This document shows positions 1-10,931 of a DNA stretch of 64,000 nt, piece by piece; within the stretch, counting starts at the first letter, position 1; each line of letters opens with the position of its first letter. Source of the stretch: Prorocentrum cordatum (taxonomy: Eukaryota); the NCBI GenBank assembly GCA_963575745.1, contig CAUYUJ010000001.1:2790001-2854000 (forward strand), given 5' to 3'. The translations under genes were made by a program, and so were the position numbers. The notes below the pieces were generated by a model. It was given only the letters and a program-made list of their open reading frames with translations. It was not told where the DNA came from and ran no database searches.

Positions 1-938
1 ACACGGCTGTGCCCCGCCTCGGGGTCAGCGCCTGCCAGGCCGGAGGCGCGGTAGATGCCCATCACGATCGTGTAGTGGACCACGTCGGGCTTCACGGGCC
101 CGTCCGCCATGTCGTGCAGGAGCTTCTCGGCGCGATCGGCATCGCCCGCGCAGCGGCATGCCTTGAGCATGCACCCCAGGTGACTCCGAGAGGGCTGTAG
201 CTCATAGCTGGCCATTGCGTCGAGGTGCCTCTGAACCTCGGCCAGGTCTCCAACACTCGCCGCGGCACTCATTATTGCTGTGAAAGCTGCTCCAGTGGGC
301 CGGAGTCCTCTAGCTATCATATCTTCCCAGATATCATTGGCCTGCTGGTGACGAGATAATTTTCCACACAATTGAATGGCAGTCGTATATGGGGGAACAT
401 TGTTTGCAATGCCCAGTTTTCGCATTTCATTAAACAGCTCAAGGCCTTCCACGCAGCGGGAGCATCCTCCATACAAGGCCATCGCCGAAACGTACACAGG
501 CTCAGTCAAAGCCAAACTGGTCGTCCTTAAACTCTCGAACAGCTCAACTCCCTGCGAGTAACGGCCACAACGGACTGCTCCTGCTAGCATCGCGCTGTAC
601 ACGATTGTGTTTTTCTGTTCGATGCTATCGAATACCTTCCATGCCTCTGCATAATTCCCTTGCTTCGTGAGCTGCTCAATCGCTTTAGTGAAGCGCCTGT
701 TCGATGGCGTATCATGCTCCATATTCAAGGTGTCAGCTGTGCGCGCGCTCCGTGGCAGTTTGCTGCTCGGCAGCGTCAATCCCAATGCAGCCCGGTTGCG
801 CTGACAAGCAAAACTGCTCAGACATCTGCAGGCAATGCTGACAACATGCAGTGCTTCACGTCTCGGCGTGAGAGCGTTTGTGCACAAACCAACCCTCGTA
901 ACGAATGCGCGTAATTCGGGTCCAAACCTCACGGTCAT
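1..938 (-). CDS. Pentatricopeptide-repeat (PPR) protein, 5' part, runs off the left edge of the window; probable organellar targeting peptide
   Basis: Hand translation from ATG at 938 (in-frame TGA upstream) is open to position 1: MTVRFGPELRAFVTRVGLC...RCLSSFACQRNRAALG...FTKAIEQLTKQGNYAEAWKVFDSIEQKNTIVYSAMLAGAVRCGRYSQGVELFESL...VYVSAMALYGGCSRCVEGLELFNEMRKLGIANNVPPYTTAIQLCGKLSRHQQANDIWEDMIARGLRPTGAAFTAIMSAAASVGD...KPDVVHYTIVMGIY. This gives tandem ~35-aa PPR motifs after an R/S/L/A-rich N-terminus. It is missing from the ORF track because no stop lies in the window. Confidence 0.9.
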   Translation of the reverse strand, partial: MTVRFGPELRAFVTRVGLCTNALTPRREALHVVSIACRCLSSFACQRNRAALGLTLPSSKLPRSARTADTLNMEHDTPSNRRFTKAIEQLTKQGNYAEAWKVFDSIEQKNTIVYSAMLAGAVRCGRYSQGVELFESLRTTSLALTEPVYVSAMALYGGCSRCVEGLELFNEMRKLGIANNVPPYTTAIQLCGKLSRHQQANDIWEDMIARGLRPTGAAFTAIMSAAASVGDLAEVQRHLDAMASYELQPSRSHLGCMLKACRCAGDADRAEKLLHDMADGPVKPDVVHYTIVMGIYRASGLAGADPEAGHSR

Positions 939-1496
939 GCGAGCCCGCGTGACCGCCCAGGTGGCACAATAACTTGCTCAACATCTATGAGGAACACCAC
1001 AGGGCTTCGACCAAAGTAACTACGGCGTCGGCATGCCATCATGGAGCTTCTTGAACTTCTCTTGGGGCTAGCCTGGGGTCTTCCTGGGACCGTCTTGGAT
1101 GTCTTCTCTGAGGGCCTCTGGGACCTCCCAAGCCTGACCCCATGACGATCCCATTGAACAGCCTGAGCGGAAAGGAATAGAGCATCCACACACCGACGCA
1201 AATGCAGAGGCATTCGTGAAACACACACACACACACATTCAAAGGGTGTTACACTTGCGTGAAGTTGGCGCATACTTCGTCGTCACCCTCCTCTTTATCA
1301 TCGTCTTCACGAGGAAGAGGGCCACCTGGGTCACTGGACTTCGCGCCTCACGCGATGCGAAGCGCGATTATCTTCGCGCGGTCGCCCCGCTCCAGTGAGA
1401 CGGAACAGCTCCTGGCTCAGGCCACGAAACACGCGGGCACGTTTAGCTTCGCGCTCCCGAGGTTGCCCAACAATGTACGGGTGTCTACTGATGTGA

Positions 1497-1891
1497 GGGG
1501 CAACATTGGGGGGACGACCAGCTCAGCGGGTGGGGGACACTGAGCCGGAAGCGGAGATACAAATCCCAACCGATCGACGCTGGGCCCCCCGATAGCGAAC
1601 CGCGGTCAGGGGCATGGTGGGCTATCCGGCCCCTGTCGGCGATCGATGGGCGATCTAGGGCTCCCAACTTCGCGCTTCGCGCTCCGCGAAGCGCGAAGCG
1701 CGAATAACTTCGCGCCCTCGCGCCGCCCCCCCAAAGGGAGAAAAGGAGGACGAGGAGGAGGGGGAGAAGGAACGAGGACCGCGAAGCGCGAAGCGCGAAT
1801 AACTTCGCGCCCTCGGGGGAGCCCTTGGCGATTGGGGGGTCGATGCACCACCCCCCCCTGAGCCCATCCCCCCCCCCCTGACGTTTCCCCT
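1497..1891. mobile_element. MITE-like element with imperfect G/C-rich terminal inverted repeats; related copy at about 19250-19461
   Basis: Left end AGGGGCAACATTGGGGGG and right end CCCCCCTGACGTTTCCCCT are imperfectly complementary. CGCGAAGCGCGAAGCGCGAATAACTTCGCGCCCTCG is duplicated internally. Similar ends occur at 19250 and 19461. Confidence 0.5.
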
Positions 1892-2399
1892 GTAGACGCA
1901 ACTCCACCAGAATCGCTCAAGAATCGGGTCTGAAGCGCAGGCTGCGCCATCACATCCTCGCACCATGATTTCCCGAGTGCCATGTCTGTTGTACCATACG
2001 CGCCCTGTCTGTCCACACACCGCCCAGCGTACGACTCGGAAACAACAAGAACGTTGCCCCTGACGATGGTGACCAGGAGGTGTCCTGGGAACTCCGTCGG
2101 CGCAGGGCAGCGCAGATACGGGCCGCAGCCTCCTGCAGCTCCTTCTCCAGCTCGGCGGACCTCCTCGTGCGCGCCGCGGACTGAGCTCTGCCCCGCCCCC
2201 CCGCGAATCCTGCTTCACATACCTGTCCGCCCGCTCCCTCCAGCCAGGTATGCCTGCCCCTCCCCCCATCGAACCCTTCTTGGCCCTCCTCCCCCACCTG
2301 CTGCGCTCCGCTGGCGGTCGAATTCGCTGGTCCCTAGCTAGCTGGGAAGACCACGCACACCCTCGCTGCCGCCTCTCGGGCCTGCATCTCGCTCAACGG

Positions 2400-2710
2400 C
2401 CGCTCGCTCGCGCAACTGCCTGCCCGCGCGCGCCCGCCCGCGCGTCCGCCGGCCCGCCCGCCTGTCCGCGCGACCGCCCGCCCTGCCGTCCGCCCGCCCG
2501 CCCGCGCGCGCGCGCGCTCGCTCGCCCGCTCGCGCCCTCGCCCGTTCACCCGCCCCCGCCCGCCCGCCAACCCCCGCGCGCGCGCCCGCGCGCCCGCCCG
2601 ACCGCCCGCTGGCCCGTTGGCCCGCCCGAGCGCCCGCGCGCCTGCGCGCCCGCCCGCTCGCTCGCCCGCGCGACCGGTCGCTCGCGCGATCGCTTGCCGG
2701 CCCGCGGGGC
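2400..2710. repeat. Degenerate (GCCC/GCGC/GCTC)n GC-rich simple repeat
   Basis: Directly visible low-complexity run. Confidence 0.85.
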
Positions 2711-2879
2711 CGCCCTCCTGGTACATGGTCTCTGTGCCCTCTCGTCTTTATTTGTTGTAATCGTTGTCCGGCGCTGATGAATGTAGCGCAACACGCCACT
2801 TGTCCCAGGAGTCCCGTGGGGAGAGCGATGCGGCCGACCCGACGACTGTGCCCAGAATGGCCGTGGTAACTAGGACCGA

Positions 2880-3240
2880 TGTCGTGGTGTGCGTGTATGT
2901 GGTAACTATACTTCGGTCATTACCTGCACACAGACCCCGAAAGCTCTGCCCGTTCAAGTTCTCCAGTTTGGCCGCCTTGGAGCCCACCGTGGGTCCCTTA
3001 CAGCACACGGCTCCTCCGTCGAGGTCCCCCTGGCATCCAAAGTCACTGTTTATGTCGCCCCCTGTCACGATAGTGGTGCGACAACCCAGTCGGTAACATC
3101 TGGCCTCTTGCCACGTGCTCATTGCGTCAGCCAGCAGCGCTGGAAAGTACTTGACGCGTGTGGGGGCGTAGTAGCATAGAGATAGTGCGTAGTCGAATTG
3201 CTTGGTGGCGAGTCGGACGCCTGCGACCCGCCCTTGTAGA
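2880..3240 (-). pseudogene. Relic of an APE-type endonuclease from a non-LTR retrotransposon
   Basis: ORF 2748..3290 contains GRVAGVRL...CYYAP...IVTGGDINSDFG...ENLNGQSFRGLCAGNDRSIVTTY. These match the order of the YAP, GDxN and NxNG..L...N motifs of LINE APE endonucleases. Confidence 0.65.
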
Positions 3241-3399
3241 TGAGTAGGAGAAGCCTGAAGGGGACAGAAAGGGAGCGCGAAGGGGTGCACTGGGGCGCTC
3301 TGGGGGGGCTGGAGCAGGGTGAAAAATCTTCGCTTCCGATGCGCTTCTGATACCTCCCCCGTCTGGAGAGCTCTCGCATATCGGACCCCCGCGTCAGAA

Positions 3400-4010
3400 G
3401 CTTCTCAAGGATTGCTGGAATGTTCCTGGGGCCGCACTTGGGGCTCCCTTGGAGCTCTCGTCTGCCTCTTTTGATTCTCTCTTGGGCCCTACTTGGGTGA
3501 TTGTGGAACTCTCGTGGGGCCGCCTCGGTGCCAGGGCGGCGCTCAGGGCAGGCTCTGGGGAACTCTGGACAACGGGCCCCCGCGTCTGGAGCTCAGAGAG
3601 GGCCCTCAGAGGAACCCACGAGGGCCCCCAGACGGCTCCAGTAATTAGAGCTCCAAGGCAATCCCCAAAGGCTCCCAAGAGGACCCCAAACGAGCCCCAA
3701 GGAACTCCAGACGCGGAGGCCGGTTGTCTAGAGCTCTCAGAGGGTCTTCAGATGGGCACAAGAGGGCCCCCAGGCGGCCCCAAGAGGGCCTCAAGACAGT
3801 TACAAGAGGCCCGAAAAAGGGCCCCAAGAGGGCCCCAAGACGGCCCGAACGAGCTCCAGACGCGGGGACCGATTGTCTAGAGCTCTCAGAAAGCCCCCGA
3901 ACGGGCCCAAGAGGGCCCCCAGACGGCCCCAAGAGGACCTCAAGAGGTCCCCCAAAGGGGCCCCCAAGAGGGCCCCAAGACGGCCCCAAGGAGCTCCAGA
4001 CGGAAGCCTG
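3400..4010. repeat. Dispersed repeat family built from ~11-bp GGCCCCAAGAG-like units
   Basis: Tandem degenerate GGCCC(C)AAGA(G/C) units with a ~153-bp internal duplication. The same family occurs at 7350-8100, 21600-22250, 37110-37660, 53120-53800 and 63161-63710. Confidence 0.8.
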
Positions 4011-4259
4011 GGAAGCCTTGAGGGAAACACGTACGACCTGCGAACCCGTCGTGGCCCCTCTGACAGCACGGGAGGCACAGCGGCCGGGCCCGGCGATCCC
4101 GAGACGACATCGCAGGAAGGCCCCAGCGGAGGCCGACCGAGCGCAACGGATTGTGCTCCTCGCGCGCCCGCCCTGCACGCGCGGGCGGCCGTCCCCAAGT
4201 CCTGCCTGAGGCGCGGTTCGCTGTTCTGACCACCTGCTCGAAAACAATACAAGCAACTT

Positions 4260-5120
4260 TTCGTTGCACGATTCGTTTGCACTACTCGTTGCACGATTCA
4301 TTGCGCGATTCGTTGCGCAATCCGTTGCAGCTTTGGTTGCAGATTCGTTGCGCAATACGTTGCGCGATTCGTTGCGCAATTCGTTGCACGATTCGTTGCA
4401 CGATTCGTTGCGCCATCTGTTGAAGATTTCGTCGCAGATGTCGCGGCAGACTTCGTGGCAGAATTCGTGGCGCACGTCGTCGTGGATGTCGCCGTGAAAG
4501 TCGTATTCCTCACGTCGCAGTCGTCGGCGGCGGCGGTTTCGGCGTCGTCAGAGTCGGAATCGTCGCCGATTTCGTCGTCGTCGGAGTCCTGAACGCCGGA
4601 GTCGGCGGCATCGCCGCAGTCGTCCTCGTCGCCGCCGTAGGCGTCGTCGAAATCGTCCTCGCCATCGTCGTCGTCCCCGAGCTCCTCGTTGGAGTCGTCA
4701 TCAGAATATTCGTCGTCGGAAACGTCGGCGTCATCGGAGTCTCCGTCAGAGTCGTCGTCGCTGGAGTCGTCAAAGTCGTAGCCATCGTCGGTTTCGTCGT
4801 CGTCATCGTCGAAGTCGCCGTCGTCATTGAATTCCTCCTCGTGGTCGCCGTCGTCGTCGTCGGAGTCGTCGTCGTCGTCGTCGTCGTGGAAGTCTTCGTC
4901 TGAGGCGTCGTGGGGGTCGTCGGAGTCGTCGGCGTCGGAGTCGCCGTCGGGGTCGTTGCCGGAGTCGTCGCGGTCGACGGGGTCGTCGTCGGAGTCGTCG
5001 GAACCAGAATCGTCTCCATCATCGTCGTCGTGTGTCACCATGGTCGTCGCTAGAGTCGTCGCCGTCAAGGTCGTCGAAATCTTCGTCGAAGTCGCTGGCG
5101 GAAATGTGGGAATCGCCGTC
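4260..5120. repeat. 12-bp minisatellite (TTCGTTGCACGA) grading into a degenerate (GTC)n tract
   Basis: 12-mer units are visible at about 4260-4415, with 12-periodic GTC-rich derivatives after that. Confidence 0.85.
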
Positions 5121-5709
5121 GGAGCAGGGCAAGGAGAGCGACGAGAGCGATGAGAGATGACAAAAGAAGGGCGCTAGAAAAAACAAGCACGAGTGAGGAC
5201 GAAGGAAGAGGGGTAGGCAAGAGGGGAAGGCGAGGAGGGGAGGAGATGACAGAAAATAGTGAGAGACGAAGCAGGGGAGAGGATGAGAGGGAGAGGGGAC
5301 GGTGGAGACGAACAGGACGAAGGATAGATAATCAGGCGGGCGAGCGGGAGCGGGAGGAGGAGAGCAGCAGTAGCAGAGGACGAGGAAATTGACGACGAGT
5401 GCAAAGAGAAACGACGATGACGCGGAAAGCGAGGAGGATGATCAGGATCAGGAGGACAAACACAACGGCGATGAAGAACAAAAGACGAGGAGACGAGCGC
5501 GACAACGACGAAGAGCATGAGGCGGACAGCGAAGAGGAGTACGACGACGACGAAGGGGACGAGGCTGATCGGGGGAACGGAGGCGAGGACGAGGAGAAGG
5601 AGTAATATCGGAGGCGGGAGGGGGACAAGGCTACAGCCCGAACGAGGCTACAAAACACCCGAATAGCCTCACTGCTCGACCCTCCTCGCCCTCATCCAGT
5701 CAGACTGCC

Positions 5710-5800
5710 CCTCCTCCTCCTCCTCCTCCTCCTCCTCCTCCTCCTCCTCCTCCTCCTCCTCCTCCTCCTCCTCCTCCTCCTCCTTCTCTTCCTCCTCCAC
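5710..5800. repeat. (CCT)n microsatellite
   Basis: Directly visible. Confidence 0.95.
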
Positions 5801-7196
5801 CTCGCCCTCCATCCCCCCCCCCTCCCCGAGCCGTTCATCCTCACCAGATTCCGCCCGTTCTGCTGCCTCAGCCACTCTCCCTCATAGACGACTGCTCGTC
5901 GCACCGCCAGAAGCGCCACTGGGCAAGGCCAGACTTTTTGCTTCAGATTCCCTCGCACCTTCCAACTTCAAGGGGCCAAAGTCCCAACGGCGGCACGGAT
6001 GCAGGGCCGATCGTCAGCAACGTGGAGCTCTCTCCTTGGTGCCGCGCGCATCTGCCTTACAAGTTGGCGGCCGCTGCGCGCATGCATGGTGGCCCCTCTC
6101 TCAATGTCTGGCGTTGGCTCGCGATTTCCTCGGGCTGCATCGCCCGAGACTCAACGACGTTCAGCAGGCGCGCAGACGGTGGGCGGCCGTTCGTTCGTCA
6201 AAATGAAGCCCTCGCCTGAGAACCCACCTGGCTCTTTGGCCAGGGCGACAAAGACGTGCAGCAGCTGCAGGGGTGGAAGCGCATCGCCCCACTCAGCCGA
6301 ACCCCACCGGCGCGATGTGTCAGCGAAGCAGCGGCCCGTGCGGCGACGAGACCATCGACTCCCCCGCGGGGGGGCGGTGAAACTCGCCCGTCGTTTCGGG
6401 CCCAAGTGACGTCGCCGCATGGGTCAACCACGCGTGCGCGCCAGAAAAAACAATGTTTCATGACAGACCTCTTCTGGTGAACATCACTTGGGCTCAGAAG
6501 CCGCAAAACGACCTCCTCAAAAAGACGACCCGTGCGAGGCATGTTCCGCAATGGGCTGGGGGACGCCATGCGAAGCTGCCCATTGGTGCAATAGGATGAG
6601 CTCCTTCTGGGGCATGATTCGCGTGACGGGTGTGCCGACATGGGCGGGGGGGCGCCGTAAGGGCCTTCTCTCTAGGCCTTAGGTGGTACTCAGTGTGGGC
6701 ACGATCCGCGCGATGAAGTGGGCCGCAATGGTCGGGGGGAGGGGGGGCGCAATGCGAAATCTGCCTCTGGGGCTGTAGGTGGACACCCCTGTGTGCCACG
6801 TTCCGTGTGAGAGATGTGCCGTAACAGGCGGAGGGGCTGAAAAAAAACAATATCTGTGGGGACGTCCGTGGAACTTTTTGCGGGCCACAATCCGTGTGCG
6901 AGGTGTGCCGGCATGAATCGGGCGACGCTATGAGGTTTCCCTCTGGTGCCACAAACGCAGCTACTCGCGGGGCACGCTCCGCCCGAGGGGCGGACCATTG
7001 TGCGAACCTTGCCTCTGGGGACGCAGGTGGAGCTCCCTGTCGGGCGAGATCCCTGTGGGGAGTGTTCCGACATGGGCGGGGGGGCGCTACGCCAAGCCTG
7101 TCTCTGGGGCCGCAGGTGAAGCCCCACGAGTGGCGCGATCCGTGCGACAATATCTTATCTCCGATGCCAAACGCTTTAGACTACAACTAGAAACTG

Positions 7197-7251
7197 CTAG
7201 AACCTAAGCGCGCGCGAAGCGCGAGCGTTGTCCTAGTGGGTGTACATATAT

Positions 7252-7294
<43 letters not shown>

Positions 7295-7348
7295 TCTATA
7301 TATATATACTAGAACCACGCGCGCGCTTCGCGCGCGCTTAGGTTCTAG
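7197..7348. mobile_element. Two Helitron-like 3' termini (GC hairpin + CTAG|T) facing each other across a (TA)n tract
   Basis: 7197-7237 CTAGAACCTAAGCGCGCGCGAAGCGCGAGCGTTGTCCTAGT matches the reverse complement of 7308-7348 at 38 of 41 positions. Each arm has a CGCGCGC-GAA-GCGCG hairpin a few bases before CTAG-T. Confidence 0.6.
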
Positions 7349-8145
7349 CTAGGAGGCGAGCTTGAGTCAACGAAAGTCGCAGGGAAGGGGGCAGGGGGAA
7401 GAAGGCCAGAGAGCGCTGAAGGATACAAATACTGGAACCCTCTTGTGATTTTGTGGGGGGCCTCGTCCGGCCGCTCGCTGGGAGTTTGACGTAGCTTCTC
7501 GGGAGCCTCTGAACCTGTCGGGGGCCTCCTGGAAGCAGGTTCGAAGCATTTTGGGGGCCGATTTGGGGCTTCTCGGGGCCTCCTTTGGGCCTCTTGGGGG
7601 TCTCCTGGGGCCTCTTGAGGGGCCTCCTTGGGGCCTCCTGGCGGCCTCTTGGGGCGGAAGGCTCGAGCTTGCGGTTCGTGGTCCCCCTCTGGGCCCCCTC
7701 TTGGGCCCGTCTTGGGGCCCTCTTGGGCCATCTTGGGCGCCTCTTGGGCCGTCTTGGGGCCCTCTTGGGCTGTCCTGGGGCCCTCTTGGAAGCTTCTTGG
7801 GCCGTCTTGGGGCGGTCTTGGGCGCCTCTTGGGCCGTCTTGGACGCGGTGAAAGCCCAAGAGGCGAACATGCGAAAAATATACGTTTTCCCATAGGAATG
7901 GCACGATTTTTGCTTCTTGGGCCTCTCTTGGGCTGCCTCTCGGAGCGTCTTGGAGGCTTCTGGGAACCTTCTTGGTGTCATGACAGGCGTCTTGGCAAGG
8001 CATCTGGAGCCATCGGAGCGCGTTCCGAAGCCGCCTGCGAACGATCTTGGACGGCGTCCGGCGGTCCGACGAGCCTCCGGGCCCCCCCGGGCCCACATTT
8101 GTGGTCGGGGTCCCGGCCCCGGGCCCCCGGACCCGGTGCGCCGTT
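7309..8145 (-). mobile_element. Non-autonomous element carrying the GGCCCCAAGAG repeat family, bounded on both sides by (TA)n
   Basis: Hairpin-CTAG end at 7309 and (TA)n at both 7246-7308 and 8153-8174. The interior shares the family's AT-rich core (GCATGTTCGCCTCTTGGGCTTTCAC). Confidence 0.55.
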
Positions 8146-8146
8146 A

Positions 8147-8152
8147 TGTGTG

Positions 8153-8196
<44 letters not shown>

Positions 8197-8298
8197 AAGA
8201 GAAAACAAAAGAGAGAGAGAGAGAGAGAGGGAGAGAGCGAGAGAGGGACCGAGCGAGACGGAGAGAGAGAGAGAGAGAGGGAGAGAGAGAGAGAGAGA
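8147..8298. repeat. Compound (TG)(TA)n(GA)n microsatellite
   Basis: Directly visible. Confidence 0.95.
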
Positions 8299-9975
8299 CA
8301 GCACCATCATCAATATTTTGAGGGCGACGACGACGGCGGCGACGGCAGGGGCCCGCTCCTGCTCAGCCCGCGCGCCAGGGCCGCCGACGCCAGGGCCGAG
8401 CAGAGCAGGAGGCCGAGGGCCCACTTGGTGCCCGAGGGCCAGTGCTGCTCCCAGTGGCGCTCCTGCGCGCCGCCGCCGCCGCCGCCGCTGCCCGGGCATG
8501 CGGGGGAGGAGGATATGGACCTGCGGCGCCTCGAGCAGACCAGGACCAACAAAGAAGTCCAGGGCGGCCAGCTGTCTTTGCGGGGGGCGGGGGCGGCCCT
8601 GGAGGGGGTCAGCGGGGCTGGGCGTCCAGGAACGAGGACAAGCGGCACCAACACCACCAGGGACCCCCAGCGCGAGAAGCCAGGGGTGGTCCCCTTGGTG
8701 GTGTGGTCCACCCCTCTCGCTCGAGACGTCCCCGAGGCCCAGCACGGGGAGGCATCGTGGACCTCCTCGCTGGAGATGGCCCCCCGGTGTTCGTGTCGCT
8801 TCTCCTTCCCCCCAGGTGTCGGGCTCGGTGCCGCGGCCAGATTCGCCTCAAAGTCTTGCCCTGGCTTCAGGACGGGCACGGATTACGGCTTGCAGGGGGC
8901 AGGAGGGACCCGATACGAAGGGGAGAGGGAGAAGCTGGAGACGGACGGAAGGACGTGAGCTGCAGCCCGCGCTGGAGTGCAGGAGCAGGAGCAGATGATG
9001 GAGCAAAAGCAGGGGCAGATGGAGGATCCGCAGGTGCAGGAGGGCAGAGTAGGAGCGGGAGCAGGAGGAAAGCAGGACCAGGATGCATCAGACGAGGAGG
9101 GGAAGGAAGCAGGCAAATCCGACAGAGCAACGAGGATGTGACCGTGGTTGTCTGGTGGCGCCGGCGACGCCCCTTGGCCGTGCAGCCTCAACCAGGGCTC
9201 CCGCAGAACCAGGTGGGGAGGATGGAGACAGAGAGAGAGAGAGAGGAAGAGAGAGAGCGAGAGAGAGAGAGAGAGACACACAGAGAGGGAGAGAGAGATA
9301 ATATGGATGCATGTATGCGTGTATATGTATGTATGTGCATGATATATGTATGAACCGAGATATAGAGGAAAAGCTCGGGATAGGGATAGAGAGAGAGAGA
9401 GAAAGAAGGAGGGAGGAAGGGACGAGGAGGGAGGAAGCGGAGGAAGAGGCGGAGGTAAGCGGACATTGAGAGGAGGCGGACGAGGATGATACATAGGAGG
9501 AAGACAAGGAAAGATCTGATATCGTCCGATGGCGAACCGATGATGCAATGATGATGTCGTCTGGCTTGGAAGGAGGGAGGATGAGGATAAGCAGGAGAAG
9601 AAGGACATGAGCGAGGATGGAGAAGGGAGAGAAGGAGGAGGAGGAGAAAAACAAGAAGGACGAGTACGAGGAGGAGGGAGGGTGAGGAGGAAAGGAGCAC
9701 GAGGAGGACGATTATGATGATGAGTGACCTAGTAACGAGTGTGCAAAGAACAACGGAGAATTGCCGAGGACGAGGCGGAAGGGCCCGGTAATGCACTGAG
9801 AATGCGATGATGGTGCCATGACGGCGGGGCTGGCTTTCCGTGCAGCCTCATCCAGGCTCTTTGCAGGACTGGGCAAGGGGGGATAGATGAGGGAAGACGG
9901 AGAAGGAGACGGCTGAATTATTTGGTCAGGGAGGACGAGGAAGGAGGACGTCGAGGGGGGGAGGAGGAATAAGGG

Positions 9976-10050
9976 ATGATGAGAGGCGAGGAGGGACAAA
10001 GGAGGAAAATGATTATGATACTGCTGATGGTGATGATGATGATGATGATA

Positions 10051-10081
<31 letters not shown>

Positions 10082-10129
10082 GGATGGTCATGGTGATGGT
10101 GATGGCGGTGATGATGATGGTGATGATAA

Positions 10130-10214
<85 letters not shown>

Positions 10215-10265
10215 AGTGGAGGTAGTGGTGGTGGTGACGATGATGAAGATGAAGATGAAGATGAA

Positions 10266-10353
<88 letters not shown>

Positions 10354-10400
10354 CTGCTGCTGCTGCTGCTGCTGCTGCTGATGATGACAGCGATGAAGAT
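9976..10400. repeat. (GAT)n microsatellite with GAC and CTG sub-blocks
   Basis: Directly visible. Confidence 0.95.
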
Positions 10401-10931
10401 GGAGGAGCCAGAGTGATGCGGGTGAGGGAGGAGGAAGAACGAGGAGAACGGAGGAGAGCGACGAACGCCGCGGTAGGACCAGATCGCACAACCGGCGGCG
10501 CGCACCCCTTTCTCATGGCGGCAGCGCACCCCTGCAGAGCGGCTTCGTCCAAGGTCCCTACGGAACCATGCGGAGCGCGCCGCCGCGGGCACAGTCCAGG
10601 CCAGCGCTCCCAAGGTACGGAGGAGCGCCGTCAGCGGAGGCAGGGCGGCGAGGAGGGCGAGGAGGAGGAGGCGGAGGAGGGAGCGGGGGGCGGGGAGCAA
10701 GGCGGAGAGAGGGGGAGGGAGGCACGCAGGGGCGGGGGTGCGAAAACTGCGCCCCCGGGCGAGCTGCTCACTGTCGAGGCTCGGTCAGCGTCCGGATGAG
10801 CTCCTTCCGGCGACGCGCAAGAAGGACCCTGGGCAAACGAGGCCTCTGGCGCGCGGCTTTCCAAGGCCGCGGGGGGTACCGGAAGGGGGGGGGGGGGGCG
10901 AGGGGGGGAGGCCCTAACGTGCAGGCACCGC

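Noticed and set aside
4298..5068. 256-aa Asp-rich ORF
   Set aside because: It is explained by the degenerate (GTC)n and 12-mer repeat, with no domain or splice support.
8310..8530. Possible terminal exon with a transmembrane-like segment (WALGLLLCSALASAALA) on minus
   Set aside because: It could not be linked in phase to other exons, so support is insufficient.
7628..8998. 456-aa ORF
   Set aside because: It runs through a dispersed repeat and TA/GA microsatellites and is a compositional artefact.
10440..10557. Candidate last exon of the multi-exon gene (TAG|G acceptor near 10557)
   Set aside because: The phase-compatible frame runs into simple repeats with no clear stop or donor. Left unresolved.
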